Virus record (IMG/VR): IMGVR_UViG_3300035157_000972 | Source: a virus | Length of the DNA: 64,000 nt | Direction: 5' to 3' (one strand) | Part shown: positions 1-9,628 of the stretch, one piece after another | How the letters are laid out: every line of letters begins with the position of its first letter | Position numbering within the stretch: the first letter of the stretch is position 1 | The notes under the pieces: model-generated | What the model was told of the DNA's origin: nothing | Database searches by the model: none | The model's input: the letters and a program-made list of their open reading frames with translations, nothing else | Program-made: the position numbers and the translations under genes

Positions 1-2
1 AT

Positions 3-641
3 AGTCAGGTAGAGGAAGATCGACAACCAATGCTTATGGTTCTCGATTCTCTAGGAAACCTTTCTACAGAAAAAGAAACCAAAGATATAGCGGATGGTAA
101 GTCGGTTCGTGACATGTCTAAGGCACAACTTGTAAAAGGTGCATTCAGAGTTCTAACACAGAAACTCAGTATTGCCAAAGTCCCACTTATCGTTCTAAAT
201 CACACCTATGATGTTATCGGTTCTTACGTGCCCACAAAAGAGATGGGCGGTGGTAGCGGTCTCAAGTATGCTGCCACTACTATCATATACCTATCTAAAT
301 CTCAAGAAAAAGAGGGATCAGAAAGAGTCGGAAACATTATCAAGGCAAAGGTTATTAAGTCGCGTATAAGCAAGGAGAACGAACAGATTGCCACACGTCT
401 ATACTATGATAAACGTGGTCTAGACAAGTACTATGGTCTTCTTGAACTTGCTGAGAAAGGCGGTATCTGGAAGAAAGTCTCAACTCGTTATGAAGTTGAT
501 GGCAAAAAAATATATGGTTCTGAGATACTCAAGAACCCTGAGAAATACTTCACCCAAGAAGTATTAGAACAAATTGACACTGTTGCAAAACAAACTTTTA
601 GTTATGGAAACGGAGAGAGTACCACTAACGATTCTGAGTAA
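3..641 (+). CDS. uvsX: RecA-like recombinase UvsX, 5'-truncated at window edge
   Basis: VLDSLGNL Walker B region, NHTY and [11 protein letters not shown] motifs; frame open from position 3; directly upstream of gp41. Confidence 0.95.
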   Translation, partial: SQVEEDRQPMLMVLDSLGNLSTEKETKDIADGKSVRDMSKAQLVKGAFRVLTQKLSIAKVPLIVLNHTYDVIGSYVPTKEMGGGSGLKYAATTIIYLSKSQEKEGSERVGNIIKAKVIKSRISKENEQIATRLYYDKRGLDKYYGLLELAEKGGIWKKVSTRYEVDGKKIYGSEILKNPEKYFTQEVLEQIDTVAKQTFSYGNGESTTNDSE

Positions 642-1983
642 TCTACTTCACGATGAAGTATATGCTCGTAAGGTTCTCCCATTTATTCGTGATGAATACT
701 TTGAAGAGAGAACTGATCGTGTAGTGTTCCAACAAATTGCAGAATATGTCAAGGCATATGATGGACTTCCTACCAAAGAAGTTCTTCATATTGAGGCAGA
801 GAAACGTGATGATCTTACACAAGATGAGTTTTCTCTAGTTGAGAACTTGATTGATGCTTTGCATGAGTCAACATCTGAAAGAGCATGGGCAGAAGATACC
901 ACAGAGTCATGGTGTAAAGAGAGAGCAATATATCTTGCATTGATGAAGAGTATTCAGATTGCTGATGGGCAAGATGAGAAGCACAATAATGATGCTATAC
1001 CAGACATACTCAAGGATGCACTATCAGTAGGATTTGATCAGCATGTAGGTCATGATTATATCGATGATTCAGAAGGAAGATATGAGTACTATCATAGAAA
1101 AGAAAACAAGATAGAGTTTGACCTTGAGATGTTCAATAAGATCACTGCAGGTGGTGTATCCAACAAGACTTTGAACATTGCACTTGCAGGAACAGGTGTT
1201 GGTAAATCTCTATTCATGTGTCACTATGCTGCTAGTGTCTTACTACAGGGTAAGAATGTTTTATATGTTACCTGTGAGATGGCAGAAGAAAAGATTGCAG
1301 AAAGAATTGATGCCAATCTACTGAATACAAATATCAAGGAAGTTGCAGAACTACCTAAGACTGTATTTGAAAAGAAAGTAAACAAACTCAGAGAAAAAAC
1401 TCAGGGTAAATTGATCATCAAAGAATACCCTACTGCATCTGCACATGTAGGACATTTCAGATCATTGTTGAGTGAATTGAAACTCAAGAAAAATTTCACA
1501 CCTGATATAATCTTCATCGATTATCTAAACATCTGTGCATCATCAAGATATAGAAGTGCAGTCAATGTAAACTCATACAATTATGTCAAAGCAATAGCAG
1601 AAGAACTTCGTGGTCTTGCTGTAGAATTTGATGTACCGATCTTCTCTGCAACTCAGACTACAAGGAGTGGTTTTACTAGCACTGACCCTGATCTTACAGA
1701 TACATCAGAGTCATTTGGTCTTCCTGCAACTGCTGACCTCATGATTGCACTTATCAGTAGTGATGAACTAGAACAACTAGGTCAGATCATGGTCAAACAA
1801 CTCAAAAATAGATACAACGATCCGACATATAACAAAAGATTTGTTGTAGGTATTGACAGACCAAAGATGAGATTGTATGATTGTGAACAAGAAGCACAGG
1901 ATGACATCTTAGACACGAATGTGGACACTCATACATCACCTTCTCAAGATTCCAAAGCAAAATTCAATGACTGGAAGTTCTAA
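604..1983 (+). CDS. gp41: T4 gp41-like replicative DNA helicase
   Basis: Walker [45 protein letters not shown]. Confidence 0.97.
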   Translation: METERVPLTILSNLLHDEVYARKVLPFIRDEYFEERTDRVVFQQIAEYVKAYDGLPTKEVLHIEAEKRDDLTQDEFSLVENLIDALHESTSERAWAEDTTESWCKERAIYLALMKSIQIADGQDEKHNNDAIPDILKDALSVGFDQHVGHDYIDDSEGRYEYYHRKENKIEFDLEMFNKITAGGVSNKTLNIALAGTGVGKSLFMCHYAASVLLQGKNVLYVTCEMAEEKIAERIDANLLNTNIKEVAELPKTVFEKKVNKLREKTQGKLIIKEYPTASAHVGHFRSLLSELKLKKNFTPDIIFIDYLNICASSRYRSAVNVNSYNYVKAIAEELRGLAVEFDVPIFSATQTTRSGFTSTDPDLTDTSESFGLPATADLMIALISSDELEQLGQIMVKQLKNRYNDPTYNKRFVVGIDRPKMRLYDCEQEAQDDILDTNVDTHTSPSQDSKAKFNDWKF

Positions 1984-2054
1984 ATCTTACGCTGATGTAA
2001 TGAAAACTTACAAAGTCAATTACTGTGCTATAATAAAACAAAATTGGAGTGATT

Positions 2055-2510
2055 ATGTCCGGAGATTTTCAGACACACAAGGATAACCAACCACATAAAA
2101 CCTATGCCAAAGTGGACTTGGATAAGTATGCTGTATTCGTGGATGGTGTCACATCCGATCCCAGTAAAAATTATCAATCGTTTATTGACAGTCTTAGTTC
2201 CCTTGATGGAAAGGGTGCCCATATTGAACGTCTTCTTACTGCTTCCGTTGGTATTAGTGCTGAAGGCGGTGAGTTTATGGAGATCGTCAAAAAGATTATA
2301 TTTCAAGGTAAACCTTGGAACCACGATAATAGAGAACATCTTATTATTGAGTTGGGTGATGTTATGTGGTACGTGATGCAGGCATGTGCTGCCTTGAACG
2401 TGACCCTTGATGAGGTCATAGAAGGCAACGTAGAAAAACTCAAGAAGCGTTACCCCGGTGGGGATTTTGATGTTCACTACTCAGAAAATAGAGCAGCAAA
2501 CGACAGGTAG
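2055..2510 (+). CDS. mazG: MazG-type nucleotide pyrophosphohydrolase
   Basis: AEGGEFMEIVKK...ELGDVMWYV and NVEKLKKRYP motifs; usual cyanophage position after gp41. Confidence 0.93.
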   Translation: MSGDFQTHKDNQPHKTYAKVDLDKYAVFVDGVTSDPSKNYQSFIDSLSSLDGKGAHIERLLTASVGISAEGGEFMEIVKKIIFQGKPWNHDNREHLIIELGDVMWYVMQACAALNVTLDEVIEGNVEKLKKRYPGGDFDVHYSENRAANDR

Positions 2511-2544
2511 TTGACAAGTATGTAAAGTTGTGTTACTATAAATA
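2511..2544 (+). promoter_or_regulatory. psbA promoter: sigma70 -35/-10 overlapping a T4 late promoter
   Basis: TTGACA 2511-2516, 17 bp spacer, TACTAT 2534-2539; TATAAATA 2537-2544. Confidence 0.8.
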
Positions 2545-2607
2545 ACGTTAGTGAGATCTTGATCTCAACACAATACGAAGGACCCGAAAGTATCGTAACC
2601 CTGAGTA

Positions 2608-2708
2608 CAACTGCTCTCAAACCAAGACCTATAGGCAGTATAATACTTCGTCTTTTATCCTGTAGTGAGGGATTACAGGAAATAAGTTTCGCATGTACCC
2701 TTCATGCC
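2608..2708 (+). ncRNA. Structured psbA 5' leader, PhotoRC-II-like RNA motif
   Basis: Hairpins ACTGC..GCAGT, TCCTGTAGT-gaggg-ATTACAGGA and GCATG-taccctt-CATGC in a ~190-nt leader; PhotoRC motifs are known upstream of cyanobacterial and cyanophage psbA. Confidence 0.6.
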
Positions 2709-2730
2709 CTACTTACAAACGTCTTTTTAA

Positions 2731-3819
2731 ATGACAACCTCTAACTTAACACGTAGATCAGGTGGTATTCTCAAGGGATGGCCTGAGTTCTGCGAATGGG
2801 TAACTTCAACTGACAACAGAATCTATGTTGGATGGTTCGGTGTACTCATGATTCCATGCTTACTCACAGCAGCAGCATGTTTTATCGTTGCTTTCATAGC
2901 AGCACCTCCAGTCGATATCGACGGAATCCGTGAACCTGTAGCAGGTTCATTCATGTATGGTAACAACATCATCTCAGGTGCAGTTGTACCATCTTCAAAC
3001 GCAATTGGTCTTCACTTCTATCCTATCTGGGAAGCAGCAACTCTAGATGAGTGGTTGTATAATGGTGGTCCTTATCAGTTAGTAATCTTCCACTTCCTTA
3101 TTGGAATTTCTGCCTACATGGGTAGACAGTGGGAACTATCCTACAGATTAGGAATGAGACCATGGATCTGTGTAGCATACTCTGCTCCAGTGTCAGCAGC
3201 ATTTGCTGTATTCTTAGTGTATCCTTTCGGTCAGGGATCTTTCTCAGACGGAATGCCTTTAGGTATATCAGGTACATTTAACTTCATGTTCGTGTTCCAA
3301 GCAGAACATAACATCCTTATGCATCCTTTCCATATGGCAGGTGTAGCAGGTATGTTTGGGGGTTCACTCTTTAGTGCAATGCACGGTTCTTTAGTTACTT
3401 CATCTCTAATCAGAGAAACTACAGAAGTTGAGTCTCAGAACTATGGTTATAAATTTGGTCAAGAAGAAGAAACATATAATATCGTGGCAGCACACGGATA
3501 TTTCGGAAGACTTATTTTCCAATATGCTTCTTTCAACAACTCAAGAAGTTTACACTTCTTCCTAGCAACATTCCCAGTTGTTTGTGTATGGTTGACCTCT
3601 ATGGGTATCTGTACAATGGCATTCAACCTAAACGGATTCAACTTCAACCAGTCTGTTGTGGACGCTAATGGTAAAGTTGTACCAACATGGGGAGATGTTC
3701 TAAACAGAGCAAACCTTGGAATGGAAGTTATGCATGAAAGAAATGCACACAACTTCCCATTAGACCTAGCATCTGCTGAGTCTTCACAGGTTGCTTTGAC
3801 AGCACCATCAATAGGTTAG
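2731..3819 (+). CDS. psbA: Photosystem II D1 protein
   Basis: Full-length D1 ([36 protein letters not shown]); uninterrupted. Confidence 0.99.
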   Translation: MTTSNLTRRSGGILKGWPEFCEWVTSTDNRIYVGWFGVLMIPCLLTAAACFIVAFIAAPPVDIDGIREPVAGSFMYGNNIISGAVVPSSNAIGLHFYPIWEAATLDEWLYNGGPYQLVIFHFLIGISAYMGRQWELSYRLGMRPWICVAYSAPVSAAFAVFLVYPFGQGSFSDGMPLGISGTFNFMFVFQAEHNILMHPFHMAGVAGMFGGSLFSAMHGSLVTSSLIRETTEVESQNYGYKFGQEEETYNIVAAHGYFGRLIFQYASFNNSRSLHFFLATFPVVCVWLTSMGICTMAFNLNGFNFNQSVVDANGKVVPTWGDVLNRANLGMEVMHERNAHNFPLDLASAESSQVALTAPSIG

Positions 3820-3846
3820 ACCTATCACTGAGGAGCACAAGTGTAA

Positions 3847-3960
3847 ATGACTCACATAAAAGCGAAGATCTTAGGGATCTCGCCTGAGTACCACGGCATT
3901 TTAGAATTTGCTTTCTTTCTTGGAGTTGGTATTACAGCAGGATCTCTAGGTCTCATATAA
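3847..3960 (+). CDS. 37-aa hydrophobic micropeptide (MTHIKAKILGISPEYHGILEFAFFLGVGITAGSLGLI)
   Basis: Hand-translated; AGGAG upstream; lies between psbA and a terminator. Confidence 0.65.
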   Translation: MTHIKAKILGISPEYHGILEFAFFLGVGITAGSLGLI

Positions 3961-3964
3961 AAAT

Positions 3965-3993
3965 AAATACCTCCATAACGGGGGTATTTTTTT
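3965..3993 (+). terminator. Rho-independent terminator after psbA and the micro-ORF
   Basis: AAATACCTCC-ataac-GGGGGTATTT followed by a T run. Confidence 0.75.
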
Positions 3994-5166
3994 ATGGCAA
4001 AAATTTCTGCTAACAGAGGAGACATAGCAGAAGGTATCATGGGTGCTGCTTTGACAGCAAAGTTTATAAAAAGACAATTGGGACAAACTGTAAAAGATCT
4101 ACCTCAAGTAAATGCTACTGATGTAGATGCAGTTCTAGCAAAATTTTTTAGAAGCGGTGGTTTATATAAAAAAACTGTAAGAGATGTTCCTAAACCTATT
4201 GAGATACCATTTCAAGAAGGAATAGATTCTGTTACTGGAGGGGCAGCGTTTGCAACAGAGACAACTGTAAACATTATAAGAGAGTTGATGTTTGAAGATA
4301 AGGTTATATTCAAACTTACTCTACCTCAAGCAGCAATGACCTTTCTGTCTAGACAATCAAATCGAACTCAGGTCAGAGACATATTCGACAGAGCAATAAG
4401 ATATGCTAATACTGATGCTACTTTTATAAGAGAAGCAAATAGGTTAGCAACTAATGCTAAGAATGATAAGATACTTGTAGATGCTGATGGTGTAAGTAAT
4501 CAATTACAAACTAAGGTAGATATAGGATTATTTGCTAATGGTAGAAAGATAGGAAAACAGATCTCACTCAAGACTGAAAGTGGCAGACAGTTTGATCAGG
4601 TTGTTGGATTTGGTATTGCTGAATTTGATAAACTTTTTTCTGATAACTTAGGAATTCTTGTGGATACTGCTGTGAAAACTGCAGTCAATAATTACATAAC
4701 GGAATTCAATGTGACTGATGCATATTCTTTCAGAGCACAGACAAGTAAGGATGTTACCGGAAGTGTCTGGGCAAGTAAACTGAAAAAGGCAGCAACGATA
4801 TATTATAAAGGTGCAGAGAAAGTAATCAAAACTAAGATCGATGCATTAGGTTTTAGAAGAAAACTTGCAAACACAATCAGAGTTGGGGCAACAAGAGGTG
4901 ATGATGACCTACAATTAGTCAAGTTTGCAGGGGCACAGGGTACATATTCTGAGAGAACTTTTGGTCCAGAGTTTGAGGATGCTGTTGAGAATGCTGATCT
5001 ATCATTAGAAACTAATTTTACAGACAACCCGACTATCAAAATTATGAGTAATAATAAACTATTAGTTCAGTTTCGTGCTAGAGTAGATGCAGATAAAAGG
5101 GCAACTGGGTATCGTATCAAACTCAGGCAAGTTCTTGAAGCAGGCACAGGATTATTTTACCTATGA
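3994..5166 (+). CDS. Hypothetical protein, possible PD-(D/E)XK restriction-like nuclease
   Basis: N-terminal GDIAEG helix and KVDI-x10-ISLK motif; function inferred. Confidence 0.45.
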   Translation: MAKISANRGDIAEGIMGAALTAKFIKRQLGQTVKDLPQVNATDVDAVLAKFFRSGGLYKKTVRDVPKPIEIPFQEGIDSVTGGAAFATETTVNIIRELMFEDKVIFKLTLPQAAMTFLSRQSNRTQVRDIFDRAIRYANTDATFIREANRLATNAKNDKILVDADGVSNQLQTKVDIGLFANGRKIGKQISLKTESGRQFDQVVGFGIAEFDKLFSDNLGILVDTAVKTAVNNYITEFNVTDAYSFRAQTSKDVTGSVWASKLKKAATIYYKGAEKVIKTKIDALGFRRKLANTIRVGATRGDDDLQLVKFAGAQGTYSERTFGPEFEDAVENADLSLETNFTDNPTIKIMSNNKLLVQFRARVDADKRATGYRIKLRQVLEAGTGLFYL

Positions 5167-5477
5167 TTGAAGATCTAATGGACGAACTTATCTTTCAATA
5201 CACTAGAGATAAGAAAAAAGTAGCACCTTTGAAAACAGAACTAGAGACCTTCACTCAGTTCTACCTAGACTTTATTGAGGGTCTACAGGATAACAAGCAT
5301 AAATATATTCAATACAAGACGCTAGGTTTAGCGTTGATCGATCAAAACAAAACTCAATTTTATAAACGAATCCGTGAAGGCATACGCACAATTCATCTCA
5401 GAAGCACGAACTACAAAGGCGTCGTCTCAAGCAAAACGTTTGGGTCTCGTCGGAGACGGTCACGGCGATTGGTATGA
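5163..5477 (+). CDS. Hypothetical protein
   Basis: ATGA coupling to the upstream gene; 3' end overlaps the next ORF. Confidence 0.6.
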   Translation: MIEDLMDELIFQYTRDKKKVAPLKTELETFTQFYLDFIEGLQDNKHKYIQYKTLGLALIDQNKTQFYKRIREGIRTIHLRSTNYKGVVSSKTFGSRRRRSRRLV

Positions 5478-6234
5478 TAAAGAAGGTAATCTGAAAGCAA
5501 AAACTGTATCGGGTGAACTCAAGATGTTCTCTGGTAGAACTGGTGCTTCAGATGAGGGTTCAAAAGATACATCTACTGCTGCAAAATCAGGATCTAAGTT
5601 TGCCAGTGGTGGTGTAAATCAGGCAGGATCTCGTGGTGGTGGTTCAACTGCTGATATGGAGAGAATGACATCTCTTGTTCAGAATGCTGCTGCTAGAAAA
5701 GAATTAGATGCTGCTGCAAGAAGTGAACCTCTCACGATTGCTTTTGATAAGTTTGACGATGAAGAGATAGCAACTAATATTGTTGCTGCAACAGAGGAGT
5801 ATGCAGAGGGTGGGCAGTTTTATATCTTCCCAAGTAGAGATGCTGATATAGATGCACTCAAAGAGACTTATGGTGATGCTATTATAGATGACGAAAATGC
5901 TGAAACAATATATGACGTATTACAATCAATATATGAAAGTGGATATGGTGCTGTCAATATTATTGTAAGACAAAGCAGAGCAAGAGAATTGCAGAAACTT
6001 GCTCTTGAACAGAATGGAGAATTATATAACTTCATCAGTCTCAATATAATACCTGTGGATGAGAGAACAATTCGTGAGCAGTATATGGCAGGTGATATTT
6101 TTAAGAGAGGAGCACTTATCGAGTCTCATGATAGGATAGGAGTTATAATAAGAAGAGGATCTAATCATCTTATCTGCTTAGATAAGAACAAACAGATGTT
6201 CAGATCTTGGATTACAGAATCTATAGAAATATAA
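5374..6234 (+). CDS. Cyanophage cytidylyltransferase-like protein with degenerate active site and N-terminal capsid-targeting-like sequence
   Basis: GLVGDGHGDWYD N-terminal block typical of this family; MKAYAQFISEA start; the expected FGRFNPPxxGH loop reads FDKFDDEEIAT. Confidence 0.6.
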   Translation: MKAYAQFISEARTTKASSQAKRLGLVGDGHGDWYDKEGNLKAKTVSGELKMFSGRTGASDEGSKDTSTAAKSGSKFASGGVNQAGSRGGGSTADMERMTSLVQNAAARKELDAAARSEPLTIAFDKFDDEEIATNIVAATEEYAEGGQFYIFPSRDADIDALKETYGDAIIDDENAETIYDVLQSIYESGYGAVNIIVRQSRARELQKLALEQNGELYNFISLNIIPVDERTIREQYMAGDIFKRGALIESHDRIGVIIRRGSNHLICLDKNKQMFRSWITESIEI

Positions 6235-6275
6235 TAACTGACTAAATAATAAATATAAGAAATCAAAATACAGAA

Positions 6276-9200
6276 ATGAGTAATCCTTGGTCACAAGCAT
6301 ACGAAGAACTTCGTAAACCTTACCTTGAAGGTAAGATGGCGAAGAAGGACTACGATGGTGACGGTAAAATAGAATCTGGTACAGATGAATACATGGGTTC
6401 TAGAGACAAAGCAATCAAAAAAGCGATGGCAGAGAAAGGTAAAAAAAAAGTCTCTGAGCACCATCAAAAAGATGCCGACGGAAATGTAATACCTCACGGT
6501 GACGGAACTCCTAGTTCTGTTGAAGAAGAGAATATAGATGAATTAAGTAAGACAACCACCGCAAATTATCTTTATCAAGCAAAGGTAGATAAAGATTATG
6601 TTCACAGTGGAAAGATGGGGAAGTATGCGAAAGCAAGAGATAAAGGATTAAAAAGAGCAGAGAAAAAACTAGGACCTAAAATTTCTAAGACAGTCTCTGA
6701 TCATGCAAGAACTGATTCTCAGACAATGAGACGTGATATTGATAACTCAAAGTTTCCTAGAAAATATAAGGTCAAAGAAGATGTAGAACAAATTGATGAG
6801 TTGAGTAAGAAGACTTTAGGTGGTTATATTAAGAAGGCAAGTAAAGAAACCAGAGGAAACATGGTGGCAACACAGCATGGATCTGGTATACCAAAAAGAG
6901 CAAAGGATATCAAACTCAAGCAGGTCAATAAAAGACTGAAGGGTATGGAGAAGGCAGGCGAGAAGTTGGCAAAGGAAGAAGTCAAGATGTCTCGTAAAGA
7001 ATATGCTAAGATCCATAAGGATTTCAAGTCTGATGATCCTAAGAATCCTAGAACTACAAAGTATGTTAAAGGTAAGGGCACTGTCTCTATGCCTGTAAAG
7101 TTTACTGATGAGTTTCAGCATATAGAATACAATCCTCTTGCAGAAGCAATTTTAGGAACACTTCATGTCGCTGACATGGCAGCAAATACTATTGCATGGC
7201 AGAATAGAATGGATACAAATGAAAAGGGTGAGAGATTGTATGATTTCGGACAGGATCTTATCAATGCAATGGCAGAGTATGTTGATGAAGCAGTAGAACT
7301 AACTGAAGAGTTCATTACTGAGAGAGTAGATTATGCCACTGAGTATTTTTTCAACGAAGGAATCAATGAGGAAGGTTTAGATATTATCATTGAGGAATTA
7401 GGTATTGAAGACTTTACCGAATTTGTTCTTGATGGACCTGAAGAACTATATGAGGATGAAGCTGCCTATCAAAAAGCAAAGAAGAAGGCATTTGCAGGAT
7501 CAGAAAAAAGAAAACGTGAAGGCAAGGGTGAGTATTCTCCAAAAGGATCAAAGAGTCCTTATGCCAAGCAGGGTTTAGGTGCAAAAACTCAGAAGAAACC
7601 TAAGATCAAGAAGATTGGAGACATTGGTACACGAGTAGTTGCTGCTACTAAGAAAGCAAAGAAAGAACAACCAGCAAAACCAATATCTAAAAAGGGTCTT
7701 GGTAGTAAGATTGGTAGTTTTGTTAAGAAAGGAATCGAAAGACATAACAAAGCAAGAGCAGCAGGTAAAGTTCCTGAGAAACGTGCAAGGGAATTTGCTA
7801 AAGGTGTGGGATCTGGTGTAAAAACTGCTGTCAAGTTTGCTAAAGATGTTAAGAAAGTTGTAAGTAAAGAAGAGGTGGACATTGATGAGGCAAAGGTTGA
7901 CAAGTTAGTACCAGATCATAAGAGATCAGGTAAAAGACTAGAACGTTATGGTAATCCTCATGGATCTCTTGCACTTGGCGGTGGTATCCAAAGAGATAGA
8001 AGAGCAGACCATGCAGAAAGAAGAGGTAAGAAGACTAAGGGTATGAAGAAAGAGGACTGGAGATCAGACCTTCAATACATTGAAGAGATATCTCCCTATG
8101 CTGAACCTAGAAAGGCAGGAAAAAAGGATGAGAAGATCAAGGAAGGTAATGTAAAAAATAAAATTACAATCAATCCCACTGTTACTGTTGAGTCTCAACA
8201 GATCGATGAAAATCCTTTAGCGGTAGGTGCTGCACTAGGTATTGCTGCCGGTGGTGGTTATCTTGTCAATAAATTGAGACAGCAGAAAAATAAAATTGAT
8301 AAGGGTCAAACTGTAAGTGGAATAGCAGGTGCATTGCAGAAAAAAAATCAGACTCTACAGCAACTTCAGAATAATTCACATAAACCAGAAGGTGAAATAC
8401 TATCAGATGAAAATGTGATAGACAAACTGAAGAATCTTGTGAAGTCAGGTTTCAAAAATAGACAGAAGCAAATTGAAAAAGGAACACAAACTACTACTGG
8501 TGCTGCAAGTCAAATGCTGCAGATGAATAGTCATGAACCAGAAGGTCAGGTAGTTGAAGATGCTAAGATGGCAAGGCAAAGTGATGATGCTCTATCAGCA
8601 GCACATAAGAAGTTCAGTAGTATGGATCAAACATCCCCTGCTAACAAGTTTATGTTGAAGAGAATCACCAAGGAGATGAATAGGAGAAAAAAAAAAGTTA
8701 ACGAAGATCTAAATCGTAATCAAAAACCCTTCTATCAAAAGAAATATACCACTGGTGGATATAAAACCGTGGGTACTAACAAGAGAATGAACTCTTCTTC
8801 TGATCGTAAGAAGGCAGGGACTGTTGACTCCAAAGCATCTCATAGAAGTCAGATGAAGGACTTTGCTGATGCAGGTATCATCAAGAAAGGTAAATCTGGT
8901 GGTGGTTTGAAAAAAGGACTGGCATCACTGAAGAAAGAGTCTCTTTTAGATCAAGTTGCTAGTGCATACGTGGACGAAGCAACTCGTATGAAGAAGGAGA
9001 TGGGATATGATAAGGGTGGTACAAAGAAACCCAAGGGTCCTAAAACTAAGGATGCTGCACTTGATGCTGTAAAGAAATCAATCACTGCTAAGTATGGTAA
9101 GGGAGCGATCATGAGAAGTGGTAGCAACCAACCTAAGAAAGTCAAAGGTGCAAAACCCAGTGGTGTTGGTAAGTTCAAGATGATGGCAGACAAGAAGAAG

Positions 9201-9317
9201 GAGACTGCTGCAGACGCTAAGAAGCGTGGGTTCAAGAACACTCAGGATTATGTAAACACCATGGCAAGGTATGGTGGTAAAGATAATTACGACAAAGGTA
9301 AAGGACTAGGCACATAG
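6276..9317 (+). CDS. 1013-aa Lys-rich modular protein, probable internal head protein
   Basis: Late promoter CTAAATA 6242-6248; basic modules separated by (I/L/V)xE acidic linkers; internal repeats. Confidence 0.65.
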   Translation: MSNPWSQAYEELRKPYLEGKMAKKDYDGDGKIESGTDEYMGSRDKAIKKAMAEKGKKKVSEHHQKDADGNVIPHGDGTPSSVEEENIDELSKTTTANYLYQAKVDKDYVHSGKMGKYAKARDKGLKRAEKKLGPKISKTVSDHARTDSQTMRRDIDNSKFPRKYKVKEDVEQIDELSKKTLGGYIKKASKETRGNMVATQHGSGIPKRAKDIKLKQVNKRLKGMEKAGEKLAKEEVKMSRKEYAKIHKDFKSDDPKNPRTTKYVKGKGTVSMPVKFTDEFQHIEYNPLAEAILGTLHVADMAANTIAWQNRMDTNEKGERLYDFGQDLINAMAEYVDEAVELTEEFITERVDYATEYFFNEGINEEGLDIIIEELGIEDFTEFVLDGPEELYEDEAAYQKAKKKAFAGSEKRKREGKGEYSPKGSKSPYAKQGLGAKTQKKPKIKKIGDIGTRVVAATKKAKKEQPAKPISKKGLGSKIGSFVKKGIERHNKARAAGKVPEKRAREFAKGVGSGVKTAVKFAKDVKKVVSKEEVDIDEAKVDKLVPDHKRSGKRLERYGNPHGSLALGGGIQRDRRADHAERRGKKTKGMKKEDWRSDLQYIEEISPYAEPRKAGKKDEKIKEGNVKNKITINPTVTVESQQIDENPLAVGAALGIAAGGGYLVNKLRQQKNKIDKGQTVSGIAGALQKKNQTLQQLQNNSHKPEGEILSDENVIDKLKNLVKSGFKNRQKQIEKGTQTTTGAASQMLQMNSHEPEGQVVEDAKMARQSDDALSAAHKKFSSMDQTSPANKFMLKRITKEMNRRKKKVNEDLNRNQKPFYQKKYTTGGYKTVGTNKRMNSSSDRKKAGTVDSKASHRSQMKDFADAGIIKKGKSGGGLKKGLASLKKESLLDQVASAYVDEATRMKKEMGYDKGGTKKPKGPKTKDAALDAVKKSITAKYGKGAIMRSGSNQPKKVKGAKPSGVGKFKMMADKKKETAADAKKRGFKNTQDYVNTMARYGGKDNYDKGKGLGT

Positions 9318-9355
9318 TGCATATATAGGAAGGATCCAACATTATTTTTATTATC

Positions 9356-9550
9356 ATGTTATCATTCCTATTACCTTTAGCATCAAAGATCATCTCTGAT
9401 GCAGTGGATAAAATACCTGATGATGCAGAATTAGGTGAGAAACTCATCGATATCTGCCTCAAAATTATAGGTAAAGCGGTAAAACTTACCAAAACAGATG
9501 CTGACGACAAGTTGTTTGCTCAAGTAGAGAAAGCAATCAAGTCTAGGTAG
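9356..9550 (+). CDS. Small hypothetical protein
   Basis: 64-aa ORF followed by a terminator. Confidence 0.75.
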   Translation: MLSFLLPLASKIISDAVDKIPDDAELGEKLIDICLKIIGKAVKLTKTDADDKLFAQVEKAIKSR

Positions 9551-9562
9551 CACTACTATACT

Positions 9563-9590
9563 AATACCACGGGTCACCCGTGGTATTTTT
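9563..9590 (+). terminator. Rho-independent terminator
   Basis: AATACCACGGG-tca-CCCGTGGTATT followed by TTT. Confidence 0.85.
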
Positions 9591-9597
9591 ATAAATA
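9590..9597 (+). promoter_or_regulatory. T4-type late promoter
   Basis: TATAAATA 31 nt upstream of ATG 9629. Confidence 0.8.
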
Positions 9598-9628
9598 TTC
9601 AAAGACAAAATTATTAGAAGTAAAAAAA

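Noticed and set aside
2522-2536. NtcA box in the psbA promoter
   Set aside because: Spacing is GTA-N9-TAC rather than N8
2559-2744. 61-aa ORF upstream of psbA
   Set aside because: TTG start, no RBS, and it overlies a structured 5' leader
2731-3819. Group I intron in psbA
   Set aside because: The D1 frame is continuous and of normal length
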